A stretch of DNA of 64,000 nt from Candidatus Segetimicrobium genomatis (lineage in GTDB: Bacteria > Sysuimicrobiota > Sysuimicrobiia > Sysuimicrobiales > Kaftiobacteriaceae): assembly GCA_005882335.1 (NCBI GenBank), contig VBAP01000008.1, positions 346 through 64,345 of the forward strand. The letters run 5' to 3'. The notes under the pieces are model-generated. The model ran no database searches, was not told the DNA's origin, and worked only from the letters and a program-made list of their open reading frames with translations. Every line of letters starts with the position of its first letter. Position 1 is the first letter of the stretch. The position numbers were made by a program, and so were the translations under genes. This document shows positions 26,363-35,042 of this stretch, piece after piece.

Positions 26363-28798
26363 CTACGGGAAGGTCTGTTTGATGATCGGCTTCCCGGGCA
26401 CGGGCACATTGAGCACCACAGATGCTCCCGGCCGCACCATGATCGCTATGGAGCCGTTCCCCTCCAGGTGCAGGCCCTCGGGGAGCGAGTTCAGGTTGAG
26501 CACCACGGTATAGTCACCAGGCGGCAGGTGGGAAAACCTGAACGTTCCATCGTCCGCGGACGTCGCGAACTGCTGGCGTGGCCCCCGCAACTCGAGGACC
26601 ACACCGCCGATGCCCTCTTCGTCGGGGTCGCGGTTACCATTCCTGTCGGCATCGACGTACACGGTCCCGCTCAGCGTCGCCTCGGGGACGAGGGCAAACT
26701 CTAGCCTGGTGCTGGCACCATCTGTGACCTGCACCGTGTACCGGAGCTGCGTCGCGACCAGCCCAACCGGGACGGTCTCGTCATCAAGAGAGATGCGGTA
26801 CTCGCCTACCTTGATCGCCTCGAGTGAAAGCCGCCCGTCGCGATCCGAGATCGCAGCCCTGCGACCTTCGATCCGCATGCTCACACCCGGCACACCAGGC
26901 TCGCCGGGATCCTGTCTTCCGTTCTCGTTGGAATCCTGGAACACGACGCCCTCGAGCCGTCCGTTCGGGACAATCCCATACGTGGTGATCGGATAGCCGT
27001 ATTGCAAGGTGATAGACGATGTGGTATTTCCCGTGGAGTCGAACTGCACCCTGGGGCCCACAGAGAGGCGCGCGCCCGTGGGCAACGTGTGAGACAGGCT
27101 CAGTTCGACAATCATCTGGTTGAGAGCGCTCGGCAGGGTGAACACATTGTTCTGCACCTGAGCGATCAGATCTAAGTACGGCGAAAGTCGGAAGCCCCAA
27201 CCCGTGCCAATCCCCCAGCCGTCTGTGGCACCCACCTGCCGCGTGATCTCTAGCCACGCCGGGAGCCCTGTGTCCAGCGCGTATAAGGTCTGCAGTCTGA
27301 AGATCGCGGTGCTGCTGGTGGTGCCGGCGAGCAGATCGATGGTGTCCGTCTGGTTAGCGGCTACGGTGAACGTCCACCGGTCCTGTGTGTAGAATGCTGC
27401 GGCCTGCGTCCCGGTGTTTCGCGTGCTTACACCTGTCGCGGTATCATCGGTGACGCGTGTCCCCAGCGCGATCCCCCACCCGGGGGCCGGACGGAAGCCC
27501 ACAAGCAGGTCGTATGACACTCGGTTCGGCAGACCGCTGGCACTGCCGTCGAGCAACGTCGCGCCGCTGGAGATCGACCAGCGGGGGTCCGGCGCATACG
27601 CGAGTTGCAGGAGGGGGCCACTCCGGCCGGTGAACAGCGCTGCGTTCCCTACAGCCGGGAAATCCGGACTCACCACCAGGTAGCTGAGGGACGTCGTGAG
27701 CGTTGGCGATGAGGCGACCGTGCCGATCCGCCACGCCGGCCCCGCCGCGAGCCCAGAGACCCCCTCGGCGACTTCGCCGAAGACGGCCAGGCCGGGGGCC
27801 ACCTCTCGGTCGGCGCGCACCCGGGTGAGCAGCGCCCCGGCTGTGGGATCGTACATGAGACCCGCCTCACCCTGCCACGGCCCGGACTGGGGGAAGGTCA
27901 TCGTCATCCCGTAGACCTGACCGCTGGAGTCGGCGAGCGACCCGCCGAAGAACTTCGCCCCAGAGTCCCCCGCTTTCCCCTCATACGCGACGCCCAAGAT
28001 CCCCTGCTGGTAGAGGGTGAATGGAGATTCGTCGAGTGCAAGTCCACCTACCGTCAATATATAGGCCGGGTTGCGGAGGACCACCACGCCTGACGCATCC
28101 AGCGGACCGTTGCCCGCGCCCACTCTCAGCAGCCCTTCGATGTTCTCGGGGGCCCCAAACGATTTGTATTGTACGGTGGCCGTGGCTGTGAGAGTGCCGG
28201 CGCCGGACGTGAGGCCCACTGCGACGTAGCCAGACGACGTGAGCGGCGGGGTGAGATCCTGCTGAAACTCAGAGACAAATGGACGAGTGGCGGCGGGGGC
28301 GGGCGCGGACGCCGCGGGTGGGCGTGGAGGCTTCGCGGCCACTGCCGTCTGAAAGGGCGCGCGGGTGACGATGGTCATCACCCCTTCCTGCGCGTCCCAT
28401 GTGGTCAGCGCGTCGAACAGCGCTTCCACCGCGCTTTTGGGGATCATCGTCACCCCGTTGACCAGACGCACCGGCGCTTCCAGGAGGGTGGTGACGACGT
28501 CGCCCGACCACACCTCCAGGCGATCGACACGCAGCGTCAACACCGCGCCGTCGAGCCTGAGGACGTCGATAGCCGGAGCAGCGAATTTCGTGGTGGCCTG
28601 GAAGCGCCTCGCCAGCGGAGCAAGGGGAAGGTAGACCGTACCATCCTGGAAGAACGCGGGCGGGCTGATGCTGAGCGCGACGTCGTCAACGACGACGCGG
28701 ATCACCGCCGCGGCGCCATAGATCGGCACCGCCAATCCCAGCGTGCAGACCGCCACGCCGGCAATGCCTGTCCACCACCTGCGGAAGCGGCGCGTCAC
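26363..28798 (-). CDS. Large secreted/outer-membrane protein: putative usher of the adjacent chaperone-usher pilus cluster. It has a Cu-amine-oxidase-N-like N-domain, a Gly/Tyr-rich beta-barrel-like core and two C-terminal Cna-B/SdrD-type beta-sandwich repeats.
   Basis: 811 aa with a signal peptide. The C-terminal repeats are GVVFQDSNENGRQDPGEPGVPGV and GTVYVDADRNGNRDPDEEGIGGV. Its size and position after the chaperone fit an usher. The accessory domains are atypical. Confidence 0.45.
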   Translation of the reverse strand: MTRRFRRWWTGIAGVAVCTLGLAVPIYGAAAVIRVVVDDVALSISPPAFFQDGTVYLPLAPLARRFQATTKFAAPAIDVLRLDGAVLTLRVDRLEVWSGDVVTTLLEAPVRLVNGVTMIPKSAVEALFDALTTWDAQEGVMTIVTRAPFQTAVAAKPPRPPAASAPAPAATRPFVSEFQQDLTPPLTSSGYVAVGLTSGAGTLTATATVQYKSFGAPENIEGLLRVGAGNGPLDASGVVVLRNPAYILTVGGLALDESPFTLYQQGILGVAYEGKAGDSGAKFFGGSLADSSGQVYGMTMTFPQSGPWQGEAGLMYDPTAGALLTRVRADREVAPGLAVFGEVAEGVSGLAAGPAWRIGTVASSPTLTTSLSYLVVSPDFPAVGNAALFTGRSGPLLQLAYAPDPRWSISSGATLLDGSASGLPNRVSYDLLVGFRPAPGWGIALGTRVTDDTATGVSTRNTGTQAAAFYTQDRWTFTVAANQTDTIDLLAGTTSSTAIFRLQTLYALDTGLPAWLEITRQVGATDGWGIGTGWGFRLSPYLDLIAQVQNNVFTLPSALNQMIVELSLSHTLPTGARLSVGPRVQFDSTGNTTSSITLQYGYPITTYGIVPNGRLEGVVFQDSNENGRQDPGEPGVPGVSMRIEGRRAAISDRDGRLSLEAIKVGEYRISLDDETVPVGLVATQLRYTVQVTDGASTRLEFALVPEATLSGTVYVDADRNGNRDPDEEGIGGVVLELRGPRQQFATSADDGTFRFSHLPPGDYTVVLNLNSLPEGLHLEGNGSIAIMVRPGASVVLNVPVPGKPIIKQTFP

Positions 28799-28822
28799 AG
28801 TGATTCGTTCCCATGTCGCAAG

Positions 28823-29689
28823 TCACGGCCCGCGGTATGCAAAGCTCAGCTCGCCTGATACCAACACGTCGGCACCGTAGTCGATCACAGCGCGGGCCGT
28901 GTAGGTCCCGGGTCCCAGACTCTTGTCCCAAGAGATCTTGAACTCTCGGGTGCTTGCCGGCAAGACGACGGCCTCCGGGAGGGACACCTTCCCGAGGCGC
29001 TGGCCGGACGCGTCGAGGATCTCGACCTCGCCGCGCGTGTGCAGATGCACGTTGCCTTTGTTGCGAAACGCCACCCTGATGTCCGCGCCGGCACCGCGCG
29101 GCCGGGGTGCAGCGAGCATGTTCACGATGGCGCCCTGCACGACTTCGGTGCCGCGGATGGCGACCAGCAGGCGAGCCGCCAACTTCGGCGCCACCACTAT
29201 GAAGGTCCCCTTCCCTGCGGCCGGAGTCTGGAGGACCGGTGTCGAGGTGACCACGATCATTCCGTACAGCCCACCCCGGGCGTCACGGGGGACCGTGACC
29301 GCGATCCGCACCGGCATCTGCCGCTCCGCCTCGAGATCGAACTCTGCCGGCTGCACGCGTGTGAACCGGGCCACCGACCAGGACAACTTGCCCGGCTCCA
29401 GCACATCGGCCACTCCGTCAGGACGGACGTAGAGATCCTGCACCGCGACTCGCATGCGCGCGGTATTCGGCGCCTTGTTGTACACGACAAGGACGGCGCT
29501 GGCGGTTCCCCCCGGAGGGGGCACCAGTTCGATTTCGCCCGGGCTGATGCCGTACCGAATCGGCTGCGCATGCGCGGAGATGGCGCTGAAACCGAGCAGC
29601 GCGACGGCGGGGACCAGCGCCAGCCACACCGCAGTCCTGACCCGGCGTGTCAAGTGCGGTACAGGACAACCCTGGGGCACTCGCCCCAT
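28823..29689 (-). CDS. Periplasmic pilus chaperone-like protein (PapD/CsuC-like Ig fold). The start was trimmed to MGRVPQG.
   Basis: Signal peptide then a beta-rich 260-aa body. ATGA overlap with the upstream pilin stop. Its position between the pilin and usher genes supports the call. Confidence 0.5.
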   Translation of the reverse strand: MGRVPQGCPVPHLTRRVRTAVWLALVPAVALLGFSAISAHAQPIRYGISPGEIELVPPPGGTASAVLVVYNKAPNTARMRVAVQDLYVRPDGVADVLEPGKLSWSVARFTRVQPAEFDLEAERQMPVRIAVTVPRDARGGLYGMIVVTSTPVLQTPAAGKGTFIVVAPKLAARLLVAIRGTEVVQGAIVNMLAAPRPRGAGADIRVAFRNKGNVHLHTRGEVEILDASGQRLGKVSLPEAVVLPASTREFKISWDKSLGPGTYTARAVIDYGADVLVSGELSFAYRGP

Positions 29690-30156
29690 CAGAGCTCCAC
29701 CACCTGGTAATCCACCCCGATCGTAAAATTCCCCGCGCCGTCGCCCCAGTTGACGCACTGCCTGTAGTAGACGGTGTGATTGATGTTTGAGCCTATTGGC
29801 TGGTTGCTGAAGACATTCACGTATAATGCCGTGATATCAGTAAACGGCCCGCCGGCAGCGGTTGCGTACTGGAAAGAGTTGAGCATCTCCGTCCCGGAAC
29901 CGTTCTTGGCTTTGCCGTTTGGGTTGTTGATCGTATTTGAGCGGATGCGGAGATCGTAATTTTTTTTGGTGCTGGTGACGGTGATGGTTGTCGAGGTGGT
30001 GCTGCAGAATGTCGGCAGGGTCGACCCGATCGCCGCGGTGGCCGGCACGGTGATGGTGAGGGCCGCCTCCGCATGCGGTGGCACCAACAGCGTAGCCAGC
30101 AGCATCACACTGCAGACCGCCACGGTTCTCAAGATCCTGGTCCGCATCATTCTCAT
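29689..30156 (-). CDS. Spore-coat-U (SCPU)/Csu-type archaic pilin subunit
   Basis: 155 aa with a signal peptide. It has the conserved cysteine pair (FCSTTST...YYRQCVNWGDG) and the C-terminal TVYYRQC motif of SCPU pilins. Confidence 0.55.
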   Translation of the reverse strand: MRMMRTRILRTVAVCSVMLLATLLVPPHAEAALTITVPATAAIGSTLPTFCSTTSTTITVTSTKKNYDLRIRSNTINNPNGKAKNGSGTEMLNSFQYATAAGGPFTDITALYVNVFSNQPIGSNINHTVYYRQCVNWGDGAGNFTIGVDYQVVEL

Positions 30157-30247
30157 CAGTCACGAGGGAGGCCGCTGCCGCCGGATGATGACCGGCTCTG
30201 CATCAGCCTCCCTGCACGCCTGTTTGCTGTGTCGATGCTGGGCCGTG

Positions 30248-30700
30248 CTAGTTCGAGCCCTGATACTCGGCAACGATCGTGTAATCGGCCGGGTCGTCAT
30301 CGTACGTCACGCACTGCTTGTAGTACACTGTCTTGGAGACACCCGCATTGCCCGTCTTTGCCTGGCTGGTGAAGGCGTCCGCGTAGGCCGTGGTGATGTT
30401 GCCGTATGTCGATCCGTCAGTCCCCCACTGGAACGCATTCGTCAGGAAGACGCTGCTGGCGTTCTTCGCCTTACCGCCTGTGTACGCGGAGTTGGCTCGG
30501 ATCTGCATGCTCCACGTTTTGTTGCTCTTCACCGTGATGCTGGTGCTCGCCGTCCCGCAGCCGCCGGCGACGCCGGCGTTGGCGGTGATCGACGCCGTGC
30601 CCGGGACTGTGATTTCGATGGCGTCCGCCGCGGTGATGGTCACCGTCTGGCTGCCCGTGGCCGTCCCGCCGTAGCCTGCCCCGACTGCCAGGGCGACCAC
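30248..30700 (-). CDS. SCPU/Csu-type pilin paralogue. The N-terminus lacks a proper signal peptide in this frame.
   Basis: Paralogue of 29689-30156 (ITVKSNKTW...TVYYKQCVTYDDD). An ATG (MKTG...) lies 1 nt out of frame across a run of C residues at 30710-30713 on the plus strand. This points to a homopolymer frameshift or a GTG start. Confidence 0.45.
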   Translation of the reverse strand: MVALAVGAGYGGTATGSQTVTITAADAIEITVPGTASITANAGVAGGCGTASTSITVKSNKTWSMQIRANSAYTGGKAKNASSVFLTNAFQWGTDGSTYGNITTAYADAFTSQAKTGNAGVSKTVYYKQCVTYDDDPADYTIVAEYQGSN

Positions 30701-31059
30701 GATCAGGGTCCCCAGTCTTCATCTGTACTGCCTCCGGTTCCAACGCTTCTCCCGGGCGCTGCCACGTAACACAGGCCGCGGGGCCAATCTTCTACAATAA
30801 TGAGCAAGTTGCGTGCCAGCCCGCGAGGGGACCGTCCGAAGGTCCTAGATCCTGCGCGCAACGTGCCGGCGACTACCAGAGGCTTGCCCTGTCGCGGAGA
30901 TGGCTAGACGGCCGCGCGGAGGGGGAATTTGATATTTACTCAACGGAAATTTGGCGGGGACCAAGCGGAAGGAGATCTTCATCCCTACGGTTGGTAACCA
31001 AGATACTCTACGACGATCGTGCAGGGGGAAGACGAAGCTGCCTACCGCAGTAGGCTCAG

Positions 31060-31569
31060 CTACACCAGTCCTGGATTGATGCGGATGCCCGACAGATCCT
31101 CGTCAGCCATGGAGTCGTCGCCGGCGGCGGCCTGCGTCTCGCTGCCGTGAGGTCCGGAGGGCAGCTCCCCCCGGAGCGCTGCGCTCAGGTCGTCCAGGTA
31201 CCGCGCCACTGCCAGCCGCAGCATGCCTAGCTGCGAAGCCGCTCCGATGATCACGGCGACCACCGGACCCAGCGGCGCCATCACTACCGCACGACCGCCG
31301 TACACCACCATCACAACCTCGGGCGCGCCGAACGCGGCGCTCTCCCCCAGGCGTTCAGACACCATCACGCTGCTGGCCGCGTAGGCCGCCAGGGCATCGA
31401 GGTCGGTTTGGAGGTCGCCGATGGAGTGCAACACCACCCCATCACCGGAGAGCATCAGAACAGCCTGAGCCGCCGACTGCCGTCGGAGCTCCGTGAGCAC
31501 GGTCTGCACCTGCTCGTTGATCTGCTGTTCGTTGGTCACAGGAGTGTTGTACCCGCGCCGCGAGCCCAC
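31060..31569 (-). CDS. Roadblock/LC7 (MglB-like) domain protein
   Basis: 169 aa with the LMLSGDGVVLHSIG...AAYAASS pattern of Robl/LC7 domains. Confidence 0.6.
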   Translation of the reverse strand: MGSRRGYNTPVTNEQQINEQVQTVLTELRRQSAAQAVLMLSGDGVVLHSIGDLQTDLDALAAYAASSVMVSERLGESAAFGAPEVVMVVYGGRAVVMAPLGPVVAVIIGAASQLGMLRLAVARYLDDLSAALRGELPSGPHGSETQAAAGDDSMADEDLSGIRINPGLV

Positions 31570-31580
31570 TAGCCCGACCC

Positions 31581-32390
31581 TCAGGCCACCACCGTGGCGT
31601 CGGAATCCCCGCCGCCGGCGAGACGCGTTTCACCGTCCAGCCAGGACCGCAAGGCAAGGTGGGTGCGCAATGACTGCAGCGCTTCGCCGCGCATCTGGCT
31701 GATTCGAGACTCGGTCACGCGGAGCACGCGGCCGATCTCCCACAAGGTGAGTCCCTCGCAGTAGTACAGCCCGATCACGACCTTGTGGCGGACCGGCAGC
31801 GCTTCGATAGCGTGCCACAGTTCCGCATTGCGCGCCTGTTGCTCCATGCTCCCGACGACGTCGCCGCCGGCATCCCGCGCCAGTGCCTCGGGGAACCGGT
31901 CCGCGTCGCCGAACTCGTCCAGCGATAGAGGCAGCGCCGCGTGCTGATCGGTGCGGGCCCGGCCCAACTGGCGGGTCGCCAGCCCTGTCGCCTCCGCCAG
32001 CTCTTCATCGGTGGGCAGGCGGCCGAGCTGTCGCGTCAACGCGTGCACCTGCGCCTGCACCCGGTGCACGTTGCGCCGCGCGATCCGGGGCAGCAGGTCC
32101 AGCGTGCGCAGGTAGTCGTACATGGCGCCGCGGATCCGCAGACGGGCGAACACCTCAAACGGGATCCCGCGGTCGGGATCGAACCGGTCGATGGCTTCCA
32201 GGAGGCCGATCATTCCGTAGCCTTCCAGATCCTCGCTCTTTACCGTAGGAGGAACACGACTGGTCATCTGCCTGGTCTGTGCGCGTACGAGCGGGAGATA
32301 GGCCAATGCCAGGCGCTCGCGTACCGCAACGGCGTGGCCCTCCTTGAACACCCGCCACAAACTGGCTACCGACTGGGAATCCGCGGCCAT
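31581..32390 (-). CDS. fliA: RNA polymerase sigma factor, FliA/WhiG (sigma28) family
   Basis: 269 aa. Region 2 (DLEGYGMIGLLEAIDRFDPDRGIPFEVFARLRIRGAMYDYLR) and region 4 (LYYCEGLTLWEIGRVLRVTESRISQMRGEAL) are FliA-like. Confidence 0.8.
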   Translation of the reverse strand: MAADSQSVASLWRVFKEGHAVAVRERLALAYLPLVRAQTRQMTSRVPPTVKSEDLEGYGMIGLLEAIDRFDPDRGIPFEVFARLRIRGAMYDYLRTLDLLPRIARRNVHRVQAQVHALTRQLGRLPTDEELAEATGLATRQLGRARTDQHAALPLSLDEFGDADRFPEALARDAGGDVVGSMEQQARNAELWHAIEALPVRHKVVIGLYYCEGLTLWEIGRVLRVTESRISQMRGEALQSLRTHLALRSWLDGETRLAGGGDSDATVVA

Positions 32391-32399
32391 TCCGGCTCC

Positions 32400-33470
32400 T
32401 CAGGAGATATCGGCAAGCGCTGACGCGGCGCGCTGCAGCAGCGTATCGGGAGATTCATCCTGGTCTGCGCTGCCCACGAGGCCCAGCCGGATCCGCCACG
32501 GCGTCCCGGACGTCTGCCGCAATTCTTGCTGCGCGGCGCGGGCCACGCCATGGACGATGGCCGCAGCCTTCTCTCGGTCGAGACCGGCCAGCAGCAGGCC
32601 AAACCGCCCGCCGCCCAGGTTGGCCGCGATATCGCACGTGCGCATCGCCCCCCCCAGCCGTTGGGTGAACGCCTGCATGATGGCCGCACGGCGAGGTCCC
32701 GTGGAGAGTTCCACCTCCAGCAGCGCCACGGCGAACTCGGTCGGATGCTGTCGGGCCCGTTGGATCTCTTCTTCCAAGCGCGCCAGGAAGTGATGGGTGT
32801 TGCTCAATCCAGTCTCACCGTCCTGATAGATCAGTTCGCGCAACCGTTCCTCGCGGCGGAGTTTCGATAGGGTCTGCGCCAGTGACTCGGCTAGCCGGCC
32901 CAGGCGCTCGAACTCGTCCTCGGCATACGTGCGGTCCGTACGGGCCAGCGCCAGGACACCGGCCACTACGCCCTGCTGAATGAGCGGGAAGGCCAGGAAC
33001 GCGCGCAGCGCCGCATCGGAGAAGGGGGATCGGTTGCCGTTGGACCCAGGATCGGGGATCACCACGGCGCGGCCCTCCTGCGCCACCCAGGCCGAGAGCC
33101 CCGAGCCGCGGGCAAACCGGATCCGATCGGCCAGCTCTACCCGGTTCCCGCGCACAGCCACGGCCAACAGCCGGCCGCTGGTCCATTCGGTCACGTAGAG
33201 CGTGCCGTGCTCAAACGAAATGGCGCGGTGCACCAGATCGAGGTAGCGTTCGTAGGCCAGCCGCAGCGGCAACTCTTCACCGGCGAGCTTGGCGCACTCC
33301 AGCCGGAGCGCCATCTCCTCCGCCTCTGCGGCAAGGGGCTGGCCGTTGCGGTGCGCCCGGTCGGGCGCGTGCGCGGACACCCCTTCGGGGAGAGGCCGAC
33401 TCCGTCGACTGCGCTTTGCCATGCCATCCTCCAGCATCCGACCAGCGGAAAAGATCGCTCGCTGTGCCAC
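32400..33470 (-). CDS. GAF domain plus degenerate GGDEF domain protein (GGGRF in place of GG[DE]EF)
   Basis: 356 aa. An N-terminal GAF is followed by a GGDEF fold with motif ANLGGGRFGLLLAG, which is probably catalytically inactive. Confidence 0.7.
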   Translation of the reverse strand: MAQRAIFSAGRMLEDGMAKRSRRSRPLPEGVSAHAPDRAHRNGQPLAAEAEEMALRLECAKLAGEELPLRLAYERYLDLVHRAISFEHGTLYVTEWTSGRLLAVAVRGNRVELADRIRFARGSGLSAWVAQEGRAVVIPDPGSNGNRSPFSDAALRAFLAFPLIQQGVVAGVLALARTDRTYAEDEFERLGRLAESLAQTLSKLRREERLRELIYQDGETGLSNTHHFLARLEEEIQRARQHPTEFAVALLEVELSTGPRRAAIMQAFTQRLGGAMRTCDIAANLGGGRFGLLLAGLDREKAAAIVHGVARAAQQELRQTSGTPWRIRLGLVGSADQDESPDTLLQRAASALADIS

Positions 33471-33510
33471 GAAAAAAGAGGAGCAAGGAGCGTGCCACGC
33501 CCGAATGGCC

Positions 33511-33657
33511 GTTGAAACGTTGGAAGGTTGAAGCGTTGGAATGAACCAGCAAGACTGATGAAACCCACGGAACGCGCTGAAGGACTGACAGACTGAAGGT
33601 CTATCGAGTGCCGAAGCGGTATCGCTTCAACGTTTCAACGCTTCAACGTTTCAACGC
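33511..33657. repeat. Intergenic hairpin element. (GTTGAAAC/GTTGGAAG)n on the left and (CTTCAACG/TTTCAACG)n on the right. It uses the same word family as 25811-25907.
   Basis: Arms at 33511-33543 and 33625-33657. Confidence 0.7.
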
Positions 33658-33659
33658 CG

Positions 33660-35027
33660 TTACGTCGTCTCCGCCAGCGGGCCTCGGGCCGTCGACGGCG
33701 GGATGTTCATCTCTTCCCGGTACTTCGAGACGGTGCGGCGCGCGATTTTCGTCCCTTCGGCCGTCAACAGGTGGGCAATCTGGTCATCGGTTAGCGGATC
33801 TGTCTCCGCGGCAATGAGCGCTCGAATACGCTCCTTCACCGGCAGCGATTGATCGAAGAAGATTTCGAAGCTCACCACGCGGCCGCTGGGCAACTGCGCG
33901 AACTTGGCGTCCAGCGCGCGACTGACTGTGGACTCGCTGATCCCGAGTTCCGCGGCGATCATCGCCTTGGTCAGCGGCTTCATGTGCGCCTCGCCGCGCT
34001 CGACGAACTCCCACTGTGTGCGCACAATCGTCTGCACGATGCTGGCGAACGTCCAGTTACGGCGGGCCAGGACCTCGATGAATAGCTTGGCACGGCCGAC
34101 GTAATCACGGACGTGATCGCGCGATTTGTCGGAATACCCGGATGCCGCGCGGCGCATCTGCCGGCGCAGGTCGTCATAAAAGGCGTTGACGCGGAGCGCG
34201 AACGCATCCCGCCGGCACAGCTCCACGGTGAAGCCCTCTTCGGTCTGGCGGATGATGATGTCAGGCCGCGCCACTTCGGCCGGGTGCACGCGACCGCCGT
34301 CCTGCTCGCTGCGGTATCGCTCGCCGGGATAGGGGTAGCAGTTGGCCTTGACGAACTCGTGCGCGTCTTTCACCTCGGCGATGGTGACCCCGAGGTCCTT
34401 CGCCACCTTCTCAAACCGCCGCGCGGCCAGGTCCGCCAGATGAGTCTCCACCAGACGCTGGGCCAGCCGGTTGGCGGGCGCCGGCTCCATCACCCGGAGT
34501 TGCAGCAGCAGACACTCTTCGACGTTGCGTGCGCCGACGCCGACGGGCTCGAAGCGCTGGATGCGCCCCAAGACCGCCTCGACCTCTTCGACCTCCGCGT
34601 TCATCTCCTGGGCCACCTGCACGGTGGTCGCTTCCACGTACCCGTTCTCGTTGATGTACCCGATGAGCCGCTCGCCGATGGCGTGGTCGCGAGCCGAGAG
34701 CCCCTGCGCCTGCAGTGTCATCATCAGGTGCTCCTGCAGCGACACCGGCGCCGCCATGCGGGAGAACGGATCGAACTCTTCGTCATCCGACGTCCAGGTC
34801 GCCAGTGACTGCCCGGATTCTTCACCCGACCAGTCGGGCTCCGGGGAGGACGGTATTTCATCCAGTTCCAACGCCGGGTTCTCAGCCAGTTCCTGCTCAA
34901 TGCGCGCCAGCAGCTGGTTGAGCGGCAGCACCAGGAGCGCATTGACCATCATCAGCTTGGGCACCATGCGCTGGTGCAGCTGCGGGTTGACGCCGACTGA
35001 GGTATGAATGCGCGGATCCATAGACAC
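33660..35027 (-). CDS. rpoN: RNA polymerase sigma54 factor
   Basis: 455 aa. It has the C-terminal RpoN box (ARRTVSKYREEMNIP), an HTH and an N-terminal Gln/Leu-rich region. Confidence 0.9.
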   Translation of the reverse strand: MSMDPRIHTSVGVNPQLHQRMVPKLMMVNALLVLPLNQLLARIEQELAENPALELDEIPSSPEPDWSGEESGQSLATWTSDDEEFDPFSRMAAPVSLQEHLMMTLQAQGLSARDHAIGERLIGYINENGYVEATTVQVAQEMNAEVEEVEAVLGRIQRFEPVGVGARNVEECLLLQLRVMEPAPANRLAQRLVETHLADLAARRFEKVAKDLGVTIAEVKDAHEFVKANCYPYPGERYRSEQDGGRVHPAEVARPDIIIRQTEEGFTVELCRRDAFALRVNAFYDDLRRQMRRAASGYSDKSRDHVRDYVGRAKLFIEVLARRNWTFASIVQTIVRTQWEFVERGEAHMKPLTKAMIAAELGISESTVSRALDAKFAQLPSGRVVSFEIFFDQSLPVKERIRALIAAETDPLTDDQIAHLLTAEGTKIARRTVSKYREEMNIPPSTARGPLAETT

Positions 35028-35042
35028 GGTGTCGTTCCGTCC

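Noticed and set aside
30770-31060. Lower-GC 290-bp region upstream of the pilus operon as a mobile element remnant
   Set aside because: There are no terminal inverted repeats and no transposase or integrase ORF. It is more likely the AT-richer promoter region of the pilus operon.
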